From positions 1 to 64,000 of the forward strand of contig CAXXFV010000010.1 of assembly GCA_963674595.2 (NCBI GenBank): 64,000 nucleotides of DNA, given 5' to 3'. Each line of letters opens with the position of its first letter. Position 1 is the stretch's first letter. This document shows, in pieces, positions 12,758 to 20,340 of this stretch. A program made the translations under genes and the position numbers. The DNA comes from a bacterium. GTDB lineage: Bacteria; Zhuqueibacterota; Zhuqueibacteria; Residuimicrobiales; Krinioviventaceae. Below the pieces are notes generated by a model. It had not been told where the DNA came from. It was given only the letters and a program-made list of their open reading frames with translations, and did no database searches.

Positions 12758-13559
12758 TTAATAAAACTCTTTATACAAATTCATAATTTCATCCCTACTT
12801 ACATTTAATCTTAGCCGCCAACTCGAAATAAATTCACCACTATCTTCGCCTGCTGAATCTATTAAAGTATATTTTTTATTTACCTTAAGTTTTGCAAACT
12901 TAATAAATTTTTGCAATCCCTTTTTATTCAATAACTCTGCTAAAAAACCAAGTCTTTTCGTTACTGAAATATTATTAACTGCTTCGGCATATTCAATCAT
13001 TTTTTTTGCTGTTAAGTTTTGCTTGTGAAAATGCTGATACTACCAAATCGAAACCGCCAGAATATATTGGCAAATCGAAGCAATCAATAATTGTTTTTTC
13101 AATATCAGTTATTGCATATCTGTAGTTTCCGTAACCAAGTGTTGTTATACCAACTCTTTTTCTTTCTGGAATTGTTACAAACTTGTAATTCACTCCGAGA
13201 ATTGCCTTATCTCTTTTTCGATTTGTGGTTTGAATAAAAACTTTGTTGGGAAATCGTGATGTTAAGCCGTGTATGTTTAAAGCCGACCAATATGCAACAG
13301 CACTGTTTTGTGAAATAAATGTGCCTATTACATTTTGGTCATTGAAATTAATATTAGAATATTTTGCTCTTTCTAAACGATTCAGAATTTTCTTATCAGC
13401 AAGATTTTCAACTACTTCGCCGATATTTTTAAATTTTTGATTTACTGATTTTTCAATTTCATTTAAATTAAAGTATTCTATTTCAAATTCATTTAGCAAG
13501 CGTACTAATTTTAGTTGCTCACTCGTTAAATTTTCCGATTTGTAACTACTTCTTGCCAT
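12758..13559 (-). CDS. abiEi: AbiEi-family antitoxin/transcriptional regulator, frameshifted near 13000
   Basis: AYWSALNIHGL, TDIEKTIIDC, KRLGFL, W.L..N; directly upstream of the toxin; A-run at the junction. Confidence 0.85.
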
Positions 13560-13600
13560 TACTTTTTATGTTGTTTAAACACTCAATAATTGGGGTTTTT

Positions 13601-13619
13601 TGTTACGTAATTAGTAACA
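13601..13619. promoter_or_regulatory. Near-perfect palindrome, candidate AbiEi operator
   Basis: TGTTAC-G-TAATTA-GTAACA about 40 nt upstream of abiEi; AbiEi proteins autoregulate via promoter inverted repeats. Confidence 0.45.
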
Positions 13620-13707
13620 CCAATATAAACATAATTTGTTGCAAATGCACGTATTTTTATCTAATTCACCATTCATAACTTATAATTTATAACTCGTATC
13701 TTATAAC

Positions 13708-16700
13708 TCATTTTAATGCGTCCTTAATTATCCTCACTTCCTCAATACTATCCAGAGTTTCCAGGTTGTTACGCAGCAGGTGATTTGAGTCGTACAAGCG
13801 TTGAAATTCACTTTGGATAATAGCCAGTTTTTTTTCCGAGCTCATCTCATCAGTTATCGGTTTTAAATTGCCCAAATTTTTTAAGATTTGTTTGTTGGCG
13901 GCTTTGAGTTCTTCGGGGAAAACAATTTCATAAACAAGCCCATCAACAACAGATTCAAAGTAATTTGATAATGGCTGTTCTTTTGATTTATCCCTGTACT
14001 CTCCCTTATAAAAACTTATGTAGTCAACAAGTTTCTCAATTTGTGAGTTAAAAAATTCTATCGGTTCAGGAATTGGTAAATGTTCCAAAAAGGATTTCTT
14101 GTATCGATACTTGCCAACCAATTCTCCTCCAGCATAAAAAATTCGGAACAAAACCGTTATAAGTTCAGAGTTCAACAATGCTGTAAGCCATTTCAAGTTT
14201 TCACCGGTAATTAAGAAAGCTGTTGCTTCCGGATAATATCTTTGAGTGTCGTAATAGAATTGGGGTTCGGAAACTATTTCTGAAAAAACAATTTTCTCCT
14301 TCTCTACCTCTTCAAGAAACGCACAGTTTCTTAAATTAGTCCAATGGTCGCCTTTATCTGCTCTAGTTCTAATATTTTTGGGGAAATTTTCTAAATACGA
14401 ATACAATTCTGGAAATTCATATTGAACATCAATTCGCTTGATACCTCTTTTTTTATCACCATTATGCGTATTGACCAAATAAAGATTGTGATAATTGCAA
14501 TAATAACGCCTAGTATCCCTTCCTCTTAGTATTGGTTTTATAATAGTTCTAATTTTTTGATTTAATAATACAAGTTCCTTTTTCTTATCTTCATTTATAA
14601 TAAAAGCGTCATTGTAACCTGTTAAAATGCCTCTGTAAAAGCTTAAGTTCCATTTTTTAAGCTTGACACCCACTTTTTCTAATTTCAACTTAATTTCAAT
14701 CATTTCAGGACATGATATTGCCCATACTTCTTCATTAAAATAATCTAAATCAATAGAATTATCTCTAAAATATTTAACCATTGAATTTAGTTTGGACTTG
14801 GAAAGTTGACATCCTCTGAATTCATTTTTAAAATTATCTCTTTGAAACAAAAGAATGCTGGAGTGAACAATAGCTGATGAAAAAACCATTTCTTGGCCAA
14901 AATCAAAAAGTAGCTTAGGATTAGTTTTAGCTAAGAAGTACTTACGTGTTGAAGTCCCGTAATTTGCTCTAAGCCATTTATTTGATGTAATGTAACATAA
15001 GTGTCCTCCTTTAGCTAATATTTTATTTCCAGTCTCATAAAACAATTCATAAATATCTCCGGATGAAGAAAATGTTTCAAAATTAATTTTAGATAAATTT
15101 TTCTTCAATTTTTCATCAAGCTTTGAAATTTGAATATATGGCGGATTTCCAATCACGATATCAAAACCTTCCCTTCGAGTCCGCTCAGGGTGGGCCTTCT
15201 GCGAAAAGACCTCCGCAAAGTAAACATTCCACAAAAAGAAATCTTTTGGCTTTCTGCCTTCGGTGTAGGCAGTTAAATCTTTTTCAATTTGTTCAATATC
15301 AAAGCCAAGTTTTTTAGTAAGATTTTGTTTCTCTTCGGCAATATATTTTTCGCGTTGTTCTTCTTTTGGAAATTGTTTGGCCTTTTCTTCAATATTTTTT
15401 ACCTGCTGAATATTGTCACTTATTTTTTCTTCAAATATTTTAATAATTGCTTTATCAATTTTATCTCGCAGTACTTTTTTAGTTTCGTTATCCGGCTCGT
15501 TTTGGTATTGGTGTTTCAACTCTTCAAATTCTTGAATCAATTTTTTGTGCTCTTCACTAACAGCACTATCTTTATTATTTTGTATTTTTTTTAATTCGTT
15601 CTCTAATTTATTTATTGTTTTAGACAGTTTCTCTAACTCTTTTTTTAATTTTTGATCTTGTCTGTTTTCTGCATTTAATATTTTTATAAATTCAGATTGA
15701 ACTTCTTTTTGTTTAATTTTTATATCATTTAGTTGTTCTTTTATTTCTTCTCTTTGAGACTTTATAGCCTCATTCTCATTCTTTTTATCATTAAAATCAA
15801 TTCCGGCATAAGTAGAAATTAAGCTGTTGCCCTGCATCAGTTTAAAATCGAGATTGGGAAGCGGTTCAATTCCATAATTGCTATCCGGCTTATCCCAGTC
15901 AATTTTTTCATCCACAAGTAGCGAAATAAAGAAACGGAGTTTTGCAATTTCAACTGCAATCTGCTGAATATCTACGCCGTAAATACATTTTTCAATTAAG
16001 TATAGTTTTCTGCCGTAGTCGGCATTTTTTTCTTTAAACTGCCTCTTAATCTGTTCAACAAGTTTACGCTGCACAACAGAATCGCTGACAGATTTTTTAA
16101 CTCCCTCAATTTGCGATTGCTTCCAGTATTCGTTTTTGAGATCGAGTTTACCCAAAATAAAAACAAGTTTATTCAGCATAGCCATCGGGAAAGCGCCCGA
16201 GCCGACTGCGGGATCAACAACTCTTAAATTGTTTATTAAATCGATTATTTTTTTTGTTGTTCCTTCATCAAACGGATTTTCAGAGTTGCCAGCATTTATT
16301 AGGGATTCTAAATTTTCATCAATATTAGAACTGGTTTCCAAGTTTGTTTTAAAATATTGTTTCAGACTTTCATTAGTCATATAATTAACAATTTCGCGGG
16401 GAGTATAAAAACTGCCGGTAGCTTTTCGTGCGGTGGTGGAAGTCTCTGGGTTGTAGCTTGCAAGTAGATTTTCAAAAATAGAACCGAGCAGTTCGGGGTC
16501 AAGGGCAACTTCAACATCATCTGGTTCATTTTCATCAATCGTAAAGTTGTAACCGTTAAGTAAATTTATTAAACCTTCTACTTCATAAGTTTTGTTCTCA
16601 TTCCCAAAGAAACTGCTGATGTCAACTTTTTCCGTTTCTGAAAAGAAAAGGAAATTTGGAACTTTTGGTTGTTGCTCTTTTGTTGCAGTAAAACCGTCAA

Positions 16701-17700
16701 TATATTTTCTTTCATTTTTATCTTTGGTTTTATAATCCAAACATTCGAATAACCCACCGTTTAGAAATGGAATATTTCCAAACAACTTTTCAAGTATTGC
16801 CGAATCACTAAATAAATTTTGATAACGAAATACATTATGGTTACCATAATCCGGGTTGTAGCCTTTTGCTCCTCTATCTTCGCTTCGGAATTTTCTCTCT
16901 TTTTGCTCTGTGTTCAGTGTTGCAAAAAAGAGATTTTGCAACACTGCTTTATAATATGTCGATTCTTCTTTTGAAAAATCTTTTAGCATTTTACTGATAT
17001 TTTTTTCATCAAAAAGATCGGTTGGAATAAGATTACGTACTTTCATAAACCAGATAAACATAAGCCTGGTGATAAGCCTTATAATTGCAACTTCTCGGCC
17101 ATTGGTTTCTTGTTCGGCATCTCTGGGAAATTCCACATTTTTAATAGCCCAAAAATACCAGCGCTGAAGTTTCTCGTAGAATTGTTTAGTAATTGGCTCA
17201 ACACTAAAAGCCTCTTGTATACTATCTAAGCTATTAAAATCACATTTGGAAATTTGGTTAATGAAAGTTTTGTTTGTCTGCTTTGAGCTTACAAAATAGG
17301 TGTATCTTTTAAAATCTGTAAAATCTCTTTTTGCACCAAGAAAATTAACCCGAATTAAACTAAATCGGAAGTTTCCTCCATCATCATAAAATATAAAAAA
17401 GGCAGCGTCTTTATTTTCTTTTTTAAGAATTTTCTTTGCAATTTCATACTGTCCTTTTTTCCCGGTTTTCCCGGTTAGCGGCGTTAAAGTTTTTGCAGTA
17501 AAAACAAGAATGTCGTCTGTATTAGTTAAATCAGCTTCACCAATTTTTACAATGTCTTTGTAATTATCAGTTATATACTCATTTTCATCAAACAGATATT
17601 CATAATTTTCCACATCCAGTTTGAAAGTCTTAATTTCTTCTCGGAAAAAATATTTTAGATTGGTTACAGAAAAATTTTCAATTAAGGTACTTATTGTCAT
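13708..17700 (-). CDS. Type IIG (Eco57I-like) restriction-modification enzyme, N6-adenine MTase with TaqI-like C-terminal TRD
   Basis: FLNGGLF, GSFYTPREIV, DPAVGSGAF (motif I), IGNPPY (motif IV), ITSNKWL, LLNSEL. Confidence 0.9.
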   Translation of the reverse strand: MTISTLIENFSVTNLKYFFREEIKTFKLDVENYEYLFDENEYITDNYKDIVKIGEADLTNTDDILVFTAKTLTPLTGKTGKKGQYEIAKKILKKENKDAAFFIFYDDGGNFRFSLIRVNFLGAKRDFTDFKRYTYFVSSKQTNKTFINQISKCDFNSLDSIQEAFSVEPITKQFYEKLQRWYFWAIKNVEFPRDAEQETNGREVAIIRLITRLMFIWFMKVRNLIPTDLFDEKNISKMLKDFSKEESTYYKAVLQNLFFATLNTEQKERKFRSEDRGAKGYNPDYGNHNVFRYQNLFSDSAILEKLFGNIPFLNGGLFECLDYKTKDKNERKYIDGFTATKEQQPKVPNFLFFSETEKVDISSFFGNENKTYEVEGLINLLNGYNFTIDENEPDDVEVALDPELLGSIFENLLASYNPETSTTARKATGSFYTPREIVNYMTNESLKQYFKTNLETSSNIDENLESLINAGNSENPFDEGTTKKIIDLINNLRVVDPAVGSGAFPMAMLNKLVFILGKLDLKNEYWKQSQIEGVKKSVSDSVVQRKLVEQIKRQFKEKNADYGRKLYLIEKCIYGVDIQQIAVEIAKLRFFISLLVDEKIDWDKPDSNYGIEPLPNLDFKLMQGNSLISTYAGIDFNDKKNENEAIKSQREEIKEQLNDIKIKQKEVQSEFIKILNAENRQDQKLKKELEKLSKTINKLENELKKIQNNKDSAVSEEHKKLIQEFEELKHQYQNEPDNETKKVLRDKIDKAIIKIFEEKISDNIQQVKNIEEKAKQFPKEEQREKYIAEEKQNLTKKLGFDIEQIEKDLTAYTEGRKPKDFFLWNVYFAEVFSQKAHPERTRREGFDIVIGNPPYIQISKLDEKLKKNLSKINFETFSSSGDIYELFYETGNKILAKGGHLCYITSNKWLRANYGTSTRKYFLAKTNPKLLFDFGQEMVFSSAIVHSSILLFQRDNFKNEFRGCQLSKSKLNSMVKYFRDNSIDLDYFNEEVWAISCPEMIEIKLKLEKVGVKLKKWNLSFYRGILTGYNDAFIINEDKKKELVLLNQKIRTIIKPILRGRDTRRYYCNYHNLYLVNTHNGDKKRGIKRIDVQYEFPELYSYLENFPKNIRTRADKGDHWTNLRNCAFLEEVEKEKIVFSEIVSEPQFYYDTQRYYPEATAFLITGENLKWLTALLNSELITVLFRIFYAGGELVGKYRYKKSFLEHLPIPEPIEFFNSQIEKLVDYISFYKGEYRDKSKEQPLSNYFESVVDGLVYEIVFPEELKAANKQILKNLGNLKPITDEMSSEKKLAIIQSEFQRLYDSNHLLRNNLETLDSIEEVRIIKDALK
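15172..15195. repeat. 24-nt REP-like palindrome inserted in frame in the RM gene
   Basis: CCCTGAGCGGACTCGAAGG(G) GC-rich hairpin encoding AHPERTRR just before EGFDIVIGNPPY. Confidence 0.6.
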
Positions 17701-17767
17701 GAGTAATTTCCAAATATGTTAGTTTTAATACAATTTTTGATATTACGTTTTTTTCTTTTAATATTGT

Positions 17768-17900
17768 GCATAACGGTTCGGCTATGGCAAGTCGCGATTT
17801 ACAGAGCACGTTCTTGTCGGCCGAGACAAGAACGCCTACGAGAACCGGAACGCCCAAAACCCAACTTCACCCGCCATTGGCTATAGCTTTGTTACCAGCC
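17768..17900 (-). repeat. attC site (~130 bp)
   Basis: Minus strand GGCTGGTAAC..GCTATAGCCAATGGC...GCGACTTGCCATAGC..GTTATGC, with internal palindrome CGTTCTTGTC/GACAAGAACG; begins 4 nt after the stop of 17905..18543. Confidence 0.8.
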
Positions 17901-17904
17901 GTAT

Positions 17905-18543
17905 TTATTCTTTATTTGAATCTGACTTCCATTTTTCAAGTGATTTAATAAACCTTTTTGTCAATAGATCATTTGAGTCAGAAAGTGCTTTAATTATATC
18001 GTCAAATGAAATTATTGATTTTTTATTTTCCTTATTCAATGGTTGTATGTAAATTATTGTTGGCTCAGTCTCTATGTCTAGATTCTTAATAATTTCTTTG
18101 TCCCTTTCAATCCAACCAATTTTTTCAATCTTGTCAAGTAAGTTATTGTATTTAACTTTATGATTTGTTGCGCTATAAATTTTCAGTAGTCCGCTTACAA
18201 GTCCTTTTACTTTAATTTTTGAAGCACTTTCTAAATACCAGTCTTGTTTTTCTCTACGTGACCTTTGGTCCGTTTTAAGTTCAATTAAATATACTTTGTT
18301 CTCGTTTTTTGAATAAGTCAGATAGTCAATTTTGAATGACTTATTCAATTCAGGATGTGTTGCAGAAATTTCTCCAACCCTTACCGAAAATTCAGGTATT
18401 ATAAAATCAATTTTTACCTTGATTACTTTTTCAATGATTTTGTCAAGATGAATTGCGAAAAAGATGTCTGCTCTTCTTTCTAGTTGATACGCTGGTAAAT
18501 TTCTCCAATCGTCAAGTAAGTCAAAAAGTCTATTTATGGTCAT
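17905..18543 (-). CDS. PD-(D/E)xK-like nuclease-fold protein, gene cassette
   Basis: KIDYL...YLIELKTD motif; flanked by GTTACCAGCC (18570-18561) and its exact complement in the downstream attC. Confidence 0.65.
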   Translation of the reverse strand: MTINRLFDLLDDWRNLPAYQLERRADIFFAIHLDKIIEKVIKVKIDFIIPEFSVRVGEISATHPELNKSFKIDYLTYSKNENKVYLIELKTDQRSRREKQDWYLESASKIKVKGLVSGLLKIYSATNHKVKYNNLLDKIEKIGWIERDKEIIKNLDIETEPTIIYIQPLNKENKKSIISFDDIIKALSDSNDLLTKRFIKSLEKWKSDSNKE

Positions 18544-18560
18544 TTTCTCTTTTTTTATAT

Positions 18561-18640
18561 GGCTGGTAACGGTTGTGTATAATCATTGTTCTTATTCCTC
18601 CGATTCAGGAGCATAAAGACAATTGTTTATGTCTATTTCT
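18561..18640 (-). repeat. Cassette 5' recombination junction with a degenerate attC-like hairpin
   Basis: Core GTTACCA preceded by an imperfect IR (ATTGTCTTTATGCTCC / GGAATAAGAACAAT). Confidence 0.5.
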
Positions 18641-18709
18641 TAAAATTAATTATAGTACCTTTCACTCCCACCACTAAAAAATCCTCAAATTTTCAAATAA
18701 GTATTTTTT

Positions 18710-18738
18710 ATTGTAATGGATAATTTTAAAAAAGTCAA
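18710..18738 (-). promoter_or_regulatory. sigma70 promoter TTGACT-N17-TACAAT driving the nuclease/RM cassettes
   Basis: Near-consensus hexamers, 17-nt spacer. Confidence 0.6.
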
Positions 18739-18797
18739 GTGTCGATTAAAAAATTTTTAAAACATTGATTTATTCAATAAATAATACAACGGTTATT

Positions 18798-19631
18798 TTA
18801 TTTATGCTTTTCAAGTTCACTAATTATTTCTGAACAATCAATTTTGCTCTTCTCCATTTTCTTTACAATTTCCCACGCTTCGTCATATTTTTTTTGTTCT
18901 AAATAAACAAGTGCAAGATTATAATTAGCTTCTTTCGAATCTTTATTTCTTAGTAAAGCAATTTTAAACTTTTCTTCAGCTTCATCGAATTTTTTTTGTT
19001 CATATAATTCTACACCTTTATTAAGCAAGTCATTAACACGAACAAGCGGATCAAAACCATATTTATTTAAACCGTTTGTACCTTTTTTAAAAAGTAATAA
19101 AAGTTGCAAATAGAAATTATAAATAGGTATAAAAAGTAACCAAAATTGTCTCCCTGGTCGTTCAATATCATGGAGTCGTTTAATTACAGTAATTGATTGT
19201 AGAAACAACATTATAATAAAACTAGTTATATAAATAGGTAATAATATAATATTATCCAAGTCTCCTATTAACCACATAGATATAAAAATTACAATGAACA
19301 ATGCAATCCCAATAATTGCGTTCAACATATAATATTCTGACCGGCTAATTCGGCCGTTAAACAATGATTTCTTTTTATTATTTAGTATATCATCAAGGCT
19401 ATAGGGAATTTGTACGTTCTCATCTACTTCATTATTTGAGAGTTCAGTAACTGTTTCATTTTTTTCCTTTTTCTGTATATCTTCTTCAAAGAATTTACCA
19501 TTACATTTTTTTGTAAACACTTTTGGATTACTTGGAATGTTTTCATGAATTTCACTGCAAACACCAAGTGTTGAGTTATAGTTGATACATAGAGGACAAA
19601 AATCACTAAAAGATTTCATTTCTTCACTCAT
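18798..19631 (-). CDS. DUF805-family membrane protein with N-terminal Cys motif and C-terminal TPR
   Basis: FNGRISRSEY, IKRLHD, G.NKYG.DP; TPR (ANYNLALVY); RBS GGAGAGG. Confidence 0.8.
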   Translation of the reverse strand: MSEEMKSFSDFCPLCINYNSTLGVCSEIHENIPSNPKVFTKKCNGKFFEEDIQKKEKNETVTELSNNEVDENVQIPYSLDDILNNKKKSLFNGRISRSEYYMLNAIIGIALFIVIFISMWLIGDLDNIILLPIYITSFIIMLFLQSITVIKRLHDIERPGRQFWLLFIPIYNFYLQLLLLFKKGTNGLNKYGFDPLVRVNDLLNKGVELYEQKKFDEAEEKFKIALLRNKDSKEANYNLALVYLEQKKYDEAWEIVKKMEKSKIDCSEIISELEKHK

Positions 19632-19719
19632 TTTACCTCTCCTATTCGATGTTAATTATCGTTGACATAGTTTATCTTCCATATTACCGCGCATTCCTTT
19701 GTCCATATATAGAAAAAAC

Positions 19720-20048
19720 GGCTGCATTTATAACCTTGCTTGTTTTCCTATATCTGGGCATTTTTTAATTCCCTTCCAAATCAGATAAACAAATCCGAAT
19801 TTACGATAAACCAGTGCACCCAACCCAAAAATTTTGACTGTGAAATAACAGGAATGTGATTTTGTGAGCAACTCAATCTCTTCCTCGTGTGTTTTTTTTT
19901 GAATTCCATTTATATGTGTAGAAAATCAGCTAAAGGGCATCAGGAGTTCCCATGCTCGACCAAATCATCCTAAAAAACAGTCCTTTATGACTAATAAAAT
20001 TATTATACAAATTTTGTTGACCCCGTGCAAGTGGTTTCTAAAGAATTT
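19720..20048 (-). promoter_or_regulatory. Promoter (TTGCAC 20030-20025, N17, TATAAT 20007-20002) plus conserved leader, copy 1
   Basis: Collinear similarity to 51773..52147, e.g. ATTCCTGTTATTTC, GTCAAAATT.TTGGGTTGG, TTTTTTAGGA, ACGAGGAA. Confidence 0.7.
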
Positions 20049-20126
20049 CACAATTTTTTCTCGCACGAAATGTGCTGTTTATAGTTATGAAGCTAAAAAT
20101 TATAGATAAAAAAACTCAGTTTCCTC

Positions 20127-20155
20127 TTGCGTTTTTTCCGTTTTTAGCATATAAT
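20127..20155 (+). promoter_or_regulatory. sigma70 promoter TTGCGT-N17-TATAAT for the Roc-COR gene
   Basis: Read directly; divergent from the array promoter. Confidence 0.65.
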
Positions 20156-20172
20156 TAATAAACATATCTATC

Positions 20173-20241
20173 GGAGGGAATTCAATGTTGAAAGCATTTT
20201 AGAAAAGGCGTTTTTACTGCAAGTCAGGTGAATGCCTTTTT
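20173..20241 (+). promoter_or_regulatory. Leader with RBS, mini-ORF MLKAF* (20185-20202) and terminator-like hairpin
   Basis: GGAGG-N7-ATG TTG AAA GCA TTT TAG followed at once by AAAAGGCGTT...AATGCCTTTTT. Confidence 0.5.
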
Positions 20242-20340
20242 GCGTTTTGGGTGGGATAAATTTATAAATAATTGCATTAATAAGGTAATTAGGTCGAAAA
20301 ATAATAGGTAGATTGCCACTTTAGAAAAAGGTAAAATGTA

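Noticed and set aside
6204-13559. Frameshifts as programmed recoding or phase variation
   Set aside because: Too many, in unrelated genes, mostly in runs of only 2-4 bases without slippery heptamers; sequencing error is more parsimonious.
8506-17700. Calling the helicase + methylase locus DISARM or BREX
   Set aside because: No DrmA/DrmB (DUF1998), PglZ or BrxC-like genes are present.
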